Positions 25,631-35,509 of a stretch of DNA of 64,000 bases are shown here, piece by piece; within the stretch, counting starts at the first letter, position 1, and every line of letters starts with the position of its first letter. Both the position numbers and the translations under genes were made by a program. The DNA lies in IMG/VR virus record IMGVR_UViG_3300037042_004723, positions 96,001-160,000 of that record. One strand, 5' to 3'. Source of the stretch: a virus. The notes below the pieces were generated by a model. That model searched no databases, was not told the DNA's origin, and saw nothing but the letters and a program-made list of their open reading frames with translations.

Positions 25631-25975
25631 ATGTCCTACTTAGCCTCCAACAGAAACAAGCTCACGGTGCCTGCTGATGGCGTCGTTGATATCCGCATAG
25701 AGCTGGTCGCAGACGCCATGCCTCGTGTCAGGGTTTGGTTGCAGTGCATCCCCTGTGGCGATGAACTCCAGGAAAATCCTGAGAGGCATCTGTTCGAGTG
25801 CCCGGAGTGCGGGTACGAAATGACGTTCCATGAGGCCGAGATGCTGGCAGGGCGTCATGTAGAGGCGATTCGTGGGCGATTCGCTATCCCGGCCCAAACG
25901 CCCAAGAGAGGTTTGATATGGCGCTTTCTAGGCTTATTCGTAAGCAAAAAAAGACTGTCAGCGCCAAGGAGCTGA
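25631..25975 (+). CDS. Zinc-ribbon protein
   Basis: CIPC...FECPECG. Confidence 0.7.
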   Translation: MSYLASNRNKLTVPADGVVDIRIELVADAMPRVRVWLQCIPCGDELQENPERHLFECPECGYEMTFHEAEMLAGRHVEAIRGRFAIPAQTPKRGLIWRFLGLFVSKKRLSAPRS

Positions 25976-26820
25976 TCGAGCAGGCGATGCGTCAGGATAT
26001 CGGGGAGACGGCCCCGATGCGTCCTGATGACTGGATTCGCATTTCTTCGATCGGTGGACTGTGCCCACGCGAAGAGGTCCTTAGGTTTCGCTTGGACGTG
26101 CCTAGAACCAAAGGGATCGATCCGAATCTTGGCTTGGTGTTTGAGTTCGGGCACTCGATCCACTGGATCATGCAGAACAAGGTGATGGCAGCCACTGGCA
26201 AGATCGTTGGATCTTGGCGGTGTACTTGGTGCGGCGAGGTGTACGGTTCATTCAAGGAGGGTCTGCAGCCTCGCCCTGATAGCTGCGTTCGCTGTGGTGG
26301 TCTGGCCGGAGAATCTCAACGGGTTAACAATAAGCCAATCCTCTCTGCCAGGTCTGAGTCGTTCGTGTTTGCCGAGGAGTGGCTTGGCAACGCCGAGTAC
26401 ATGGTTGGCGGTAGTCCGGATGGGTATCTGGTTGACGGAGACCCGCTGAATTTTACGATCAATGACTTGGTGGTGCTTGAATTCAAGAGTGCGTCTGACT
26501 CGAACTTTGTAAAATACGAGAAGGCGCCCGACTTCATGCATGTCATCCAGTGTCAATGTTACATGTGGCTTACCGGGTTCAAGAGAGCCAAGATTCTGTA
26601 CGTCAATAAGGGTAAGTTCGGAATGGACGGCATTGCCGAGCATGACATCTTGTATGATCAGGAGACCGTGTCGATGGTCCAGAAGGCTATCAAGGAGATC
26701 AGGGCTGGACTGGTTGGCGGGCCTGTCCCGCAGAGAGTCGCCTGTGATTCGTCGGGCTGCCCCAGGGCGAACGCCTGCGACGTGTCCAAGCAGTGTTTTT
26801 CTGGAGGATTCGACAAATGA
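25918..26820 (+). CDS. Cas4-like PD-(D/E)XK exonuclease
   Basis: SSIGGLCPR, GHSIH, GSPDG, LEFKS, Q.Q.YM, C-terminal Cys cluster; internal CxxC...CxxC insert. Confidence 0.8.
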   Translation: MALSRLIRKQKKTVSAKELIEQAMRQDIGETAPMRPDDWIRISSIGGLCPREEVLRFRLDVPRTKGIDPNLGLVFEFGHSIHWIMQNKVMAATGKIVGSWRCTWCGEVYGSFKEGLQPRPDSCVRCGGLAGESQRVNNKPILSARSESFVFAEEWLGNAEYMVGGSPDGYLVDGDPLNFTINDLVVLEFKSASDSNFVKYEKAPDFMHVIQCQCYMWLTGFKRAKILYVNKGKFGMDGIAEHDILYDQETVSMVQKAIKEIRAGLVGGPVPQRVACDSSGCPRANACDVSKQCFSGGFDK

Positions 26821-27179
26821 ATAGGCCTCTTATTATCGATACGGAATGGATTCGTCCATTCGACGCGGGTGCGTCGCCCATGCCGTGCATGACGTGCTCC
26901 ACGGATTCTAGGTGGATCGTTGGCAAGCCTCCCAACGGCTATTTTTCGTGTGCGCGGTGCTTCCTTTACTCAAGCCCTTGGGGCAAGGAGAACAAGGCGA
27001 GGATCGGCGAGCTGGTCGTGGAGGTGGAGGGCGTTCTAAATAAGAAGATTTCAGACGATGGGATCGTCTGGTCAACAGAGGCTGACAGGATTCTATCGTC
27101 GATAGTTTCGATCTCTGGAATAGCCAGGGCTCGTGCGCAGAGAAGGCTCAGAGATGAAGGTTCTGGGTCTAGATCTTAG
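26817..27179 (+). CDS. Zinc-binding hypothetical protein
   Basis: CMTC...CARC. Confidence 0.7.
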   Translation: MNRPLIIDTEWIRPFDAGASPMPCMTCSTDSRWIVGKPPNGYFSCARCFLYSSPWGKENKARIGELVVEVEGVLNKKISDDGIVWSTEADRILSSIVSISGIARARAQRRLRDEGSGSRS

Positions 27180-27780
27180 CCTCAAGGGGACTGGCATCTG
27201 TGTGCTGGATGGCGATCCGGGTGATCAGACGCCGGCCATTCGCACGGAACTCGTTCCCCAGCCAGAGGCGAAGACAGTGGAGGCCAGGGTTCTCAGGCTT
27301 GTGGCAATCACTGAGCGCATTGTTCAGTTGATCAACGGCGAGCGTCCAGATCACATCATTATCGAGGCGGCTGCCAAGAACCAAGTATGGCAGGCGGCTG
27401 CCATTGGTGAGATTCATGGCGTTGTCAAGGTTCAGATCTACCTAGCGAGCGGCATGTTCCCGATGGTCAAGGAGGCCACGGAGATGCGTAAGGTCGTGGT
27501 TGGGAAGATCGAGAGGGTGATGGTCGCCACGACCGACGCCAAGGGCAAGGTGACCAAGCGAGCGTCATACGGTGACATCCCAAGCGCCAGGAAGGGGAAG
27601 GTGAAGAGGGCGACGGTGAAGGATGTGATCGAGGGTCGCCTGGCGGCGCAGGGATTGACGTTCCCGACACAGGATGAAATGGACGCCTATGTCGCGGCTA
27701 AGTACTGTTGGGGTAAGGTGACGGCTCCCCCAACAGGCACTCCCGATGACTCCAAAAAGGCGAAGACCAGGCGGACATAA
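27154..27780 (+). CDS. ruvC: RuvC-like Holliday junction resolvase
   Basis: VLGLDLSLKGTG, IIIEA, QDEMDA. Confidence 0.8.
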   Translation: MKVLGLDLSLKGTGICVLDGDPGDQTPAIRTELVPQPEAKTVEARVLRLVAITERIVQLINGERPDHIIIEAAAKNQVWQAAAIGEIHGVVKVQIYLASGMFPMVKEATEMRKVVVGKIERVMVATTDAKGKVTKRASYGDIPSARKGKVKRATVKDVIEGRLAAQGLTFPTQDEMDAYVAAKYCWGKVTAPPTGTPDDSKKAKTRRT

Positions 27781-28102
27781 CCAGGTGTTGATCAGCGGCC
27801 ATATGGAAGGCCGCGTTCTTGCTGGAACTACTGGAGATGGCGGGGAAGCATGCTCCTTCCTTGTTGCATCCAGCGATGGCGGGCAGAAGATCACGATGGT
27901 CAGGGTGAACGCATACGGATCCGTTGCAGCTCAGTGCATGCAGGAGAGTGGCGTTGGAACATACTGCGTAATCACAGGGGAATTGATGAATCGCCCTGGA
28001 AAGTATGGGAAGCTCACGGAGATTAGGGTGAAGAAAGTGGAATTTTTTCACGATATTGACAATGACGAACAAGGAGCATTAGATGCCGGACAAGAAGACT
28101 GA
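27746..28102 (+). CDS. Short bacterial SSB/PriB-like OB-fold protein
   Basis: NQVLISG...VRVNAYG..A..C......G....ITGEL. Confidence 0.7.
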   Translation: MTPKRRRPGGHNQVLISGHMEGRVLAGTTGDGGEACSFLVASSDGGQKITMVRVNAYGSVAAQCMQESGVGTYCVITGELMNRPGKYGKLTEIRVKKVEFFHDIDNDEQGALDAGQED

Positions 28103-28229
28103 AAAGAAGACCGAGAGATCGGGGTGCGGGTCTTGTGGTGATAGCCGCGTGCTCCTTTCTGAGGAGCGAGACTCTCCCCCAAAGTGCGCCGGCTGTGGTA
28201 AGGCTGTCAACCGGCCTAAGACGAACTAA
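28083..28229 (+). CDS. 48-aa zinc-ribbon protein
   Basis: Not in track: MPDKKTEKKTERSGCGSCGDSRVLLSEERDSPPKCAGCGKAVNRPKTN; AAGGAG upstream. Confidence 0.65.
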   Translation: MPDKKTEKKTERSGCGSCGDSRVLLSEERDSPPKCAGCGKAVNRPKTN

Positions 28230-28247
28230 TTCGCAGGGAGAATTCAA

Positions 28248-29213
28248 ATGGGAACGACGCTTCGCATAGTTGGCAATGGCGAGAAGAAGATTGTTGGGTC
28301 GAGCACCCAGAAGGTGTCCGAGGAAGATCTTCTGAAAGCAGAGAATCAACTGCGGAGCGAGGCCAAGACGCTTGTTCGGGAGATCTCTCATAAGTACTGG
28401 GATCTTGGCAGGGTTCTCTATGATGTGTACGACGGCGTTCCTGGTGGGTATCGCGGCCTCATGGTTGGTGATGGTTCGATTAGGGATCGGACGGCGTTGT
28501 TCACGAAGTGGGGATATAAGAATTTTGGTGAGTACTGCGAGCAGGAGGTTGGTCTTCAGAAGAGGACCGGTGAAAACCTCCGGTTTGCCTACTACTGGTT
28601 CACGATCCAGCAGCCGATGCCTGAGTCGGTCATTGACGAGTTGATGGCAATTGGTCGGTCGAAGGTCTATTTGCTGTCAGGTATCGCCACCCGAGACAGC
28701 ATTGGGATCTGGATGGAGAAGGCCAAGGAGCTGACCTTCGAGGAGCTAAAGAAGGCGATCAAGACGTCCAAGGCTGTTTCCGCTGGGAGGAACGTTGATA
28801 ACGAAGAGAGGGAGATGCCGGACGAGGCTCCTTCTGCCTTCATTCCTACTGCCGATGCCGGTGGCGGCAGTGGCGGATCCAAGCAGCTGCAGAAGCCAGA
28901 GGCTCTTCATACGAGGCAGGTTGGCCTATATGACGCCCAGCTTGAGACCTGGGACACGGCCCTCAGCAGGGCTCAGGGTTTGACTGGGTCTGAAAAGATT
29001 GGCCACAACATGGAGCTGATCTGCCAGGACTTCTTGGCCAACAATGATTTCTCGAAGGCCAAGGACAAGGATAAGAGCGGCTACATCTCTAAGATGGAGC
29101 GTCGTCTTGGGGTTCTGATCATTGCAATCGATCCCAACAGCGGCAAGCCGGTCCATGGGCGCGACCTCCTTTGGCGGATGATCAGCGAGTCTAAGGAGCA
29201 GACGGAGTCGTAG
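28248..29213 (+). CDS. Helical DNA-binding-like protein (DUF3102-like)
   Basis: YWDLGRVL...GYKNFGEYCEQEVGL.KRT...L pattern; GGGAG RBS. Confidence 0.65.
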   Translation: MGTTLRIVGNGEKKIVGSSTQKVSEEDLLKAENQLRSEAKTLVREISHKYWDLGRVLYDVYDGVPGGYRGLMVGDGSIRDRTALFTKWGYKNFGEYCEQEVGLQKRTGENLRFAYYWFTIQQPMPESVIDELMAIGRSKVYLLSGIATRDSIGIWMEKAKELTFEELKKAIKTSKAVSAGRNVDNEEREMPDEAPSAFIPTADAGGGSGGSKQLQKPEALHTRQVGLYDAQLETWDTALSRAQGLTGSEKIGHNMELICQDFLANNDFSKAKDKDKSGYISKMERRLGVLIIAIDPNSGKPVHGRDLLWRMISESKEQTES

Positions 29214-29687
29214 ATGGGTTTCGGCAAGAAGAAGCGACAGATCCGAGAGGCGCTTGCGAAGTGGGATTGCTTTGGTCACCTTGGCTATGGTCAGGGACGA
29301 GCGGTGGCTCAGTTCGGCGAGCGTGATCTGCATGGCAGGTCTGCGTGCTTGGACGTCTGTACCCGCGCAAGCGCTTGCAGGGCTTTGCATCGTGACAGGA
29401 TGAATGAGCGGTATCCCCAGCTTGGGCAGCTCGTTGAATCGACATCCAGGCTGGCTCAGGCACGTGGCCTTGATGTCGTTACTGAAGTGGTGTCGGCGAT
29501 GGGGCACGCCGCCGAGCTTGGTCTTGATGAGGCTGTCGATGTCAGGAGAATCCTTGGCCTATTCAAGGTCGACGAGATGACAGACCATTACCGCTGCGGT
29601 CAATTTGAAAACATCCAGGATGGCCTCAGTAAGGCGCTGCCAGGTTCGCGTGTCGCTCTCGATGAGGCCAAGAAGAAGGCTTCCTAG
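29214..29687 (+). CDS. Cys-rich hypothetical protein
   Basis: 157 aa, abuts the previous stop. Confidence 0.7.
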   Translation: MGFGKKKRQIREALAKWDCFGHLGYGQGRAVAQFGERDLHGRSACLDVCTRASACRALHRDRMNERYPQLGQLVESTSRLAQARGLDVVTEVVSAMGHAAELGLDEAVDVRRILGLFKVDEMTDHYRCGQFENIQDGLSKALPGSRVALDEAKKKAS

Positions 29688-29703
29688 TTCGTAGTCAACA
29701 CTG

Positions 29704-30303
29704 ATGGAGATGATGATGTCGTCGTTGCTAGGCCCAGATGGATTTCCGGTAGGTCAGGTTGGCAGGAGCCAACGCCCAGATCGCCCTGATGGCGAGAAGA
29801 AGGGAATTGACCCAATTGCGATGGAACGTCTCTATGAGATGGTCCAGCAGAGCATGAAGTCCCAAGATGGCCATGCAGTCATCGAGAAGCGCGTGTCGGT
29901 ACATGCTCGAAAGATTGAGCAGGCGCTGCTGTTTTGGAAGCCAATCTATTTCGGTCACTCCAGAGAGGGCCGGCTGCTCAACGGTATTGAGGCGTTTGAG
30001 CTGGGCGACGAGAATCGGACTCCTGACTCTTGCTGGGACAAGGCACCCTACATCGCCATGTGCAACCTTATGGCGCTGGAGGCTATCAAGATGATGGGCA
30101 ACCAGATGCCCACGTCGGAGAAGGGGATCCTCCTCGCTTACGCCTCGGACCGGGAGAAGGGAATCGCCGACTTCTGGAAGAGGATGTTCGCTCCCACAGA
30201 GTTCCAGGCGGAGTGGGCCTGGAAGGCGGTCCTGGCGGTCCTCGCCGGCAACCCTGCTGCATCAGCCGAACTTCTGGATAACTACAGACAGCAGCTGCCG
30301 TAA
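29704..30303 (+). CDS. Hypothetical protein
   Basis: 199 aa followed by a terminator. Confidence 0.7.
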   Translation: MEMMMSSLLGPDGFPVGQVGRSQRPDRPDGEKKGIDPIAMERLYEMVQQSMKSQDGHAVIEKRVSVHARKIEQALLFWKPIYFGHSREGRLLNGIEAFELGDENRTPDSCWDKAPYIAMCNLMALEAIKMMGNQMPTSEKGILLAYASDREKGIADFWKRMFAPTEFQAEWAWKAVLAVLAGNPAASAELLDNYRQQLP

Positions 30304-30331
30304 TCTGAATTAACCAGCAATATCAGTTAAC

Positions 30332-30360
30332 AAGCCCGCGCTCATGCGGGCTTTGTTTTG
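30332..30360 (+). terminator. Intrinsic terminator
   Basis: AAGCCCGC-N6-GCGGGCTT-TGTTTTG. Confidence 0.75.
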
Positions 30361-30381
30361 TCCAGATCTTTGCGTAAAAAT

Positions 30382-30410
30382 TTGCGCGTTTGATCTGTTG
30401 GCAATAGTAT
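30382..30410 (+). promoter_or_regulatory. Sigma70-like promoter of the 30.4-38.8 kb operon
   Basis: TTGCGC-N17-TAGTAT, 8 nt before ATG 30419. Confidence 0.5.
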
Positions 30411-30418
30411 CCGACGGT

Positions 30419-32293
30419 ATGGCAGACGCTATCCCTGGAAAGAAGTCTCGGTGGACCTCTGAACAGGAGGATCTATTGCGTAAGCTATGGGGAACGCAGC
30501 GAGATATCGAACTTGCTAATGTCCTGGGCAAGACGATCAAATCGGTGCGGTCCAAGGCGACCGAGATGAACATTCGCGCCGAGAAGGGCCTCAGGACAGC
30601 ATGCAGGTCTGGTCGCGTATCTTATCCGTGGAGGGCAGACGAAGACCTTGTTCTTGTTAAGAATGTCGGGCACCTCAGCATATTCGAGTTGATGAACCTG
30701 TTGCCTCGCAGGAATCGCTTGGCCATCGAACGCCGTTGCTATGAGCTTGGCTTCTCTCCGACGCAGGGTACTCACACGCGCCTCCAGATAGAACGAGAGA
30801 CCGGATACGACTGGAGACAGATCCAGCGGGCCCGGGACGCTCTGGGTCAGGCTTGGAAGCGATACGGCACCCGCAAGTACATGATAACCTTTGATCAAGT
30901 TCAGGATATCATTGAGTATTTGCGGACCGAGACGAGAAAGTGGTCTCTCCACTACGACTTAGATCGGTGCATTCTTTGTGGAGTCTCTGGAGCTGAAGAG
31001 CGAACCAGGCATTCCGGCGATGGGCTTTGCAAACGATGCGTGAGTGGAGACACCAGGATTATGGTCCGGGGGCGCGGCCTTTTGCGCATTGATGAGATGA
31101 CTGACAGTGGAGAGTTCGAGGTGTGGTCAGGTAAGGCATGGAGGACTACTACGGCGGTGGAGTCTGGCGTTCAACCAGTCGTTGAGGTTCTATTGAATAA
31201 TGGTTCGAGGATCAAACTTACTGGCGATCATCCGATTTTGACTGATTCTGGAATGATTCACGCCCACGTAATCGATAACGAAAGACTTCCATTAGAATTG
31301 CCATCCGATGTCTGCTTTCCGGAAGTTGCCATGATTTCAAGCGTTAATTGGCATAGTGGTGGTCCGCATGAACAATTCCCACGTGAGTGGACTCGTGACG
31401 TAGGAATGTTCCTTGGTGTCGTCCTTGGTGATGGAGCAATGTCAGGTGGAGAATATCCAACGATTATAATTGGCCTCGGCCGGCAGGACAGAGACGACTT
31501 GATTCATCTCCGAGATGTCGTGGGTGGATGGTGCGGATCAAAGTCTCAAGTTGTTGATTTTGAAAGCAGTCCTAACAAATTTTGCGATGAGCATAGGCCG
31601 ATGTCACGCATTCAGTGGAGGGTCAAGTCTCTGATTGAATTCGTTGGGCAGCTTGGATTAGACAAAAGTCTGCCCATCGAGGAACGTCGGGTTCCTTCTT
31701 CTATTTGGACCGCCAGCGCATCAGGCGTTTCCGGTTTCTTGGCAGGACTGTTTGGTACCGACGGTGCTGTCAGTGTTAACGGTGCTGGCAAGATCGAGAT
31801 ATCAATGTCCTCCGTGAGCGCAGGATTGTTGGAAGACGTTCAAAATCTCTTATGTGCTTTTGGGATCAAATCATCGATGTGGTCGTACCCGAAGAAAGAG
31901 CAATATAAGCAACTATTTGCACTTAGTGTCTTTGGTAAGAAGAACGTTGATTTATTTACACGGCGTATAGGCTTTTCTTGTCGGAGGAAGCGGGATGCCT
32001 TGGCGAAGGCGATCTCGGAATCGACCATCGTTGGTCGAGGTAACCGCCATCTCTCCGTTGAGAGTGTTAGGGATGTTGGAGTCGAAAAGGTCTACGATCT
32101 TGTTAACGTGGGGGATGAGCGACAGTTCGTTGCTAACGGTATAAGTGTTTCAAATTGCTGGGATTTCCGTAGGCATGGTCGGGTCCAAGTGCTCGATGCC
32201 CTGCGGAAGGGAAGGGTGATGATTCTGACTGAGGAGATTTGGCACGCTTACATACGCGACGAACCAGAAGTGCGAATCGTTTCTGCAGTTTAG
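30419..32293 (+). CDS. Myb/SANT-like repeat and zinc-finger regulator, interrupted by an intein
   Basis: RWTSEQEDLLRKLW and PWRADEDLVL repeats; CILC...H...GLCKR|C zinc finger; 251 aa after splicing. Confidence 0.8.
   Translation: MADAIPGKKSRWTSEQEDLLRKLWGTQRDIELANVLGKTIKSVRSKATEMNIRAEKGLRTACRSGRVSYPWRADEDLVLVKNVGHLSIFELMNLLPRRNRLAIERRCYELGFSPTQGTHTRLQIERETGYDWRQIQRARDALGQAWKRYGTRKYMITFDQVQDIIEYLRTETRKWSLHYDLDRCILCGVSGAEERTRHSGDGLCKRCVSGDTRIMVRGRGLLRIDEMTDSGEFEVWSGKAWRTTTAVESGVQPVVEVLLNNGSRIKLTGDHPILTDSGMIHAHVIDNERLPLELPSDVCFPEVAMISSVNWHSGGPHEQFPREWTRDVGMFLGVVLGDGAMSGGEYPTIIIGLGRQDRDDLIHLRDVVGGWCGSKSQVVDFESSPNKFCDEHRPMSRIQWRVKSLIEFVGQLGLDKSLPIEERRVPSSIWTASASGVSGFLAGLFGTDGAVSVNGAGKIEISMSSVSAGLLEDVQNLLCAFGIKSSMWSYPKKEQYKQLFALSVFGKKNVDLFTRRIGFSCRRKRDALAKAISESTIVGRGNRHLSVESVRDVGVEKVYDLVNVGDERQFVANGISVSNCWDFRRHGRVQVLDALRKGRVMILTEEIWHAYIRDEPEVRIVSAV
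31037..32155 (+). mobile_element. Intein (LAGLIDADG, 373 aa) ending Ser-Asn
   Basis: KR|CVSGDT...LTGDHPI...LGVVLGDG...FLAGLFGTDG...ANGISVSN|C. Confidence 0.93.
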
Positions 32294-32331
32294 ATCTGGC
32301 ATCGTCCAGTCGTGGTAGATAGGATGCCAGC

Positions 32332-32547
32332 ATGTCGATGCGAATCAGGCCAGATACACTTCGTTCGGAGATCGAGCAGGTAGTCTCGATTCTGTCCAGC
32401 TGGCAGGATAGGCTTGCCCAGGGCGTCCCCGGAGACGAAGCTCCGGCCAACGATCTGAACGCTGAGATTTTTCAATTCCAGCTTAGAGGCGAGGTGCAGC
32501 TCGCAGCCGAGAGGCTGATGGCCCTCGTTGAGGTGCTTGAGGTATGA
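32332..32547 (+). CDS. Small helical hypothetical protein
   Basis: 71 aa; 4-nt overlap with the next gene. Confidence 0.65.
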   Translation: MSMRIRPDTLRSEIEQVVSILSSWQDRLAQGVPGDEAPANDLNAEIFQFQLRGEVQLAAERLMALVEVLEV

Positions 32548-33314
32548 GGTCTGCGGATAAGCTAACTGACATTTCTCGGGTCGAGCTTGATCCGAATGTT
32601 CTCATTGGCGCCGAGTGGAACCCCAATGAGATGGCCATCGAGGATTTCAATTTGCTCAAGGAGCAAATCAGCGAGATTGGCTTCATCGATCCTCCAACCG
32701 TAGTTGAGGTAGAGGATTCGAGCGGCAAGCCATTCTATCGCATCATCGGCGGGCATCATCGAGTAGCTGCGGCCAAGGAGCTTAAGCTTCGCAAGATCCC
32801 GGTTGACGTTCTTCAGGGCGACAGATGGAAAGACGAGGACCTATGCAAGATGCAGACTGTTCGCCTAAACGTCTTGCACGGAAAAATGAACCCGGAAAAA
32901 ATGGTCTCTCTCTATAATGAGATGGCCGGCAAGTACGGAGACTCGGTGACCAAGATGCTTGGTTACGCAAGCGACGCTGGGCTGAAGAAGATGATCAAGC
33001 AGGTCCAGGGAGACCTTGCTAAGACGCTGGAGCCAGAGCTTGCCAAGCAGTTTCAGGAGCAGGCCAAGGAGGCCAAGACTGTTGGAGATCTGGAGAAGAT
33101 CATCCAGAGACTAATGTCCGACAGTGGAGGCACGGCCAAGCACGGCTTTGTGGTGTTTTCGTGGGGCGGCAAGGAGCACATCTACGTGGCGATGTCTGAC
33201 AAAACCCGAGAAGCCATGAAGAGGATCGTCCGCGCGTCCAGGGACAACAAGGTCGACGTTAATGAGATCATCGAGGAGGCGGTCGTCGACGCCGCAAGAG
33301 GGCTGGAGTCTTAG
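32544..33314 (+). CDS. ParB/Srx-like N-terminal domain protein
   Basis: WNPNEM...LKEQISEIGFIDPPTV...YRIIGGHHRVAAAKEL...IPV. Confidence 0.85.
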   Translation: MRSADKLTDISRVELDPNVLIGAEWNPNEMAIEDFNLLKEQISEIGFIDPPTVVEVEDSSGKPFYRIIGGHHRVAAAKELKLRKIPVDVLQGDRWKDEDLCKMQTVRLNVLHGKMNPEKMVSLYNEMAGKYGDSVTKMLGYASDAGLKKMIKQVQGDLAKTLEPELAKQFQEQAKEAKTVGDLEKIIQRLMSDSGGTAKHGFVVFSWGGKEHIYVAMSDKTREAMKRIVRASRDNKVDVNEIIEEAVVDAARGLES

Positions 33315-33316
33315 AT

Positions 33317-33619
33317 ATGGCGCCCAAGGTCGACAAGCCGTCGCTACTCCCTGATGACATCGTTGGGGATGCCCGCAGGATTAGGATGATTAGCATCGAC
33401 CCGGCTACCGGCGACGACAAGTCGATCGTTGGAGAGGCGTGGCAGGATGCGACCGGCAAGCTGCATGGCACCGGCATCGCTGGCGTGATGTTGTTTGAGC
33501 CAGTATCGATGGCCAAGTATCGCATGGCGTCTATTGCTAAGGATTTGTCTCCTCTTTCTATCTTCTATTCCAGGATAGCTAGAAGTTCATTTATCAGAGT
33601 TGAGCTGGTGAAAAAGTGA
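33317..33619 (+). CDS. Small kinase-coupled protein 1
   Basis: 100 aa; paralogous to 35255 (RI.MI...GD...AWQ.A.G.L...GI). Confidence 0.7.
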   Translation: MAPKVDKPSLLPDDIVGDARRIRMISIDPATGDDKSIVGEAWQDATGKLHGTGIAGVMLFEPVSMAKYRMASIAKDLSPLSIFYSRIARSSFIRVELVKK

Positions 33620-35265
33620 CCAGAGAACTTGATGAAAAGTTTGGCTCCCAATTGACCAGGGTGCTGAAGAAGGTTAATCGCAAGGACGGGGACGGCGGAA
33701 CCAAGACGGTTGACCAGGCGTTCCATGTCCGCAAGGCTGCTCCAGGCGATCGGTATGCAGCATTCAAGACTCTTGAGTCAAGGACGGCCGAAGGACCAGG
33801 CGCAGCAGGTGCTGAAATGTCAAATCCGGAAGAACAGCCCGCAGATCAGGCAGACGGCTCGCAAGATCCCACGCAGCAGCCAGACGAGTCGCAGGAACCT
33901 GTGCAGCCGGCGCCCGTTGTCAGAATAATGGTTAGGCGTCTCGATATTCCATGGCTCAAGAAGGGTGACAAAGCCAGGGAGAAGGCTAAGGCCCTGGCCA
34001 GGGATCCAATTTCGCCAGAATTGAGGCAGCGTTTCAAGAAGGGCAGCGGTTCGATTGCTATGTCGAACCCGGCCGTCACCGGCCTTCCGATCACCACGGT
34101 TGTGCCGACAGACAGGATCTTCTGGGGGGCTGACGAGCCTGGCTTGCTTGTGTCGCTGCGTTCCGGGACCATCAGGAAGATGCGCTTGGTCGGTGGCAGT
34201 AATGGCTTGATGATAATCAAGATCGAGGCCATCGGAGGCGGGTCCTTCTACGGGTATATGTGGATGGAGTCCTTGCGATGCTCTCTCCTGAAGCAAATCT
34301 GGGGAGATATCATAGATTTTTCTGATCCAGATGGCCCGCTTTCCAAGAGGGCTGCATGTTCGTATGAAACCGCTAAGGCTTGCGGATTGGACGATCTAAC
34401 TCCGCCGACCGTTCATCGCGTGGACGACGATGGCGACATCAGATCTATGCTTCCGGATTCTCTTATCGAGCAAGCCAACGAATGGGTGTCCACGACGTCC
34501 GGCATTGATCCTGATGCGGTCAAGAGCGGCATCAGCGGTCATGCGACCGTCCAGCTCGTTCGTGGTGAGCCATGGCCAATTGAATCAGAGGAGTGGTTCA
34601 GGGACCTATTTGGAAGCGGCGATCCGTCGGCCCTGAATGACATATGGTCGTCTATGCCTCCGGATCGCAGGATCGGCTTGTTGCGGTTGGCTGCACTCGA
34701 TTTCGTTACCGGGTCACTGGATAGGTCTTTCGGCGATCTGGTGTTTTCGGATGATCCAAGACATCCAGTTGTTGCGTATGGCGGCGAGATGTCAATCCCC
34801 TGTCCAAGGACGATTGGGATGGCGTATGCCAGCGGAGGTTACGCTGGATATCTGGATAACGAGTCTGCCAATCTACCGCTTTTCTGGAGCGAAGCGTCGA
34901 CCATGCTGGCGGTTCGTGGCGGAGATCGGGAGATTGACGACTACGAGTTGATCGGGATAGCAATCGCGTCGCGGATGAAAGAAAACCGAGCCGTAGAATT
35001 GGCGAGGTCACTTCATGACCACAAGCTAACTGCGCTCCAAATCTCTGGGATTTTGAGTCGCATCTGGATGATGAATACTCATTCAAGGGACATCGCCAAG
35101 GATCCGTACCTGGCGGCCAGGTATTACGCATCGATTGTTTCCGGGCAGGCCGATCCATTGATGGACGGAGTGAAGGACTTTGTAAACAATACAATGCGGC
35201 AGGTCCTGGTCGGAAAATTTGACTTCTATAAGGTCATGAAGTCGGGGGCAGAGGATGCTGCTTGA
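33616..35265 (+). CDS. PI3/4-kinase/HipA-like fold protein, predicted pseudokinase
   Basis: KRAACSYETAKACGLDDLTPPTV and LDFVTGSLDRSFGD; the IDHG position reads AYGG. Confidence 0.7.
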   Translation: MTRELDEKFGSQLTRVLKKVNRKDGDGGTKTVDQAFHVRKAAPGDRYAAFKTLESRTAEGPGAAGAEMSNPEEQPADQADGSQDPTQQPDESQEPVQPAPVVRIMVRRLDIPWLKKGDKAREKAKALARDPISPELRQRFKKGSGSIAMSNPAVTGLPITTVVPTDRIFWGADEPGLLVSLRSGTIRKMRLVGGSNGLMIIKIEAIGGGSFYGYMWMESLRCSLLKQIWGDIIDFSDPDGPLSKRAACSYETAKACGLDDLTPPTVHRVDDDGDIRSMLPDSLIEQANEWVSTTSGIDPDAVKSGISGHATVQLVRGEPWPIESEEWFRDLFGSGDPSALNDIWSSMPPDRRIGLLRLAALDFVTGSLDRSFGDLVFSDDPRHPVVAYGGEMSIPCPRTIGMAYASGGYAGYLDNESANLPLFWSEASTMLAVRGGDREIDDYELIGIAIASRMKENRAVELARSLHDHKLTALQISGILSRIWMMNTHSRDIAKDPYLAARYYASIVSGQADPLMDGVKDFVNNTMRQVLVGKFDFYKVMKSGAEDAA

Positions 35266-35509
35266 TAATCGCAGGCTTCGGATCAGCATGATCAACATGG
35301 TGAACGGCGACATGGTCTCGACTCATGCTGCCGATGCATGGCAGGAGGCGGACGGAACGCTTTCTGTGAGTGGTATTTGGAGTGATTTGATTCCTGCCTC
35401 CAAGGAAGACCACGTTCTCATGGCCGAAGCCGCCGGTGTGTCATCGCTGGAATGGCTCCGTCGTCGTTTGCTTACATGTCCAATGATAGCTATGGAGATC
35501 TTTGATTAA
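35255..35509 (+). CDS. Small kinase-coupled protein 2
   Basis: 84 aa; paralog of 33317. Confidence 0.7.
   Translation: MLLDNRRLRISMINMVNGDMVSTHAADAWQEADGTLSVSGIWSDLIPASKEDHVLMAEAAGVSSLEWLRRRLLTCPMIAMEIFD

Noticed and set aside
25918-26820. CRISPR-Cas locus
   Set aside because: Only a solo Cas4-like nuclease; no repeat-spacer array or other cas genes in the window.
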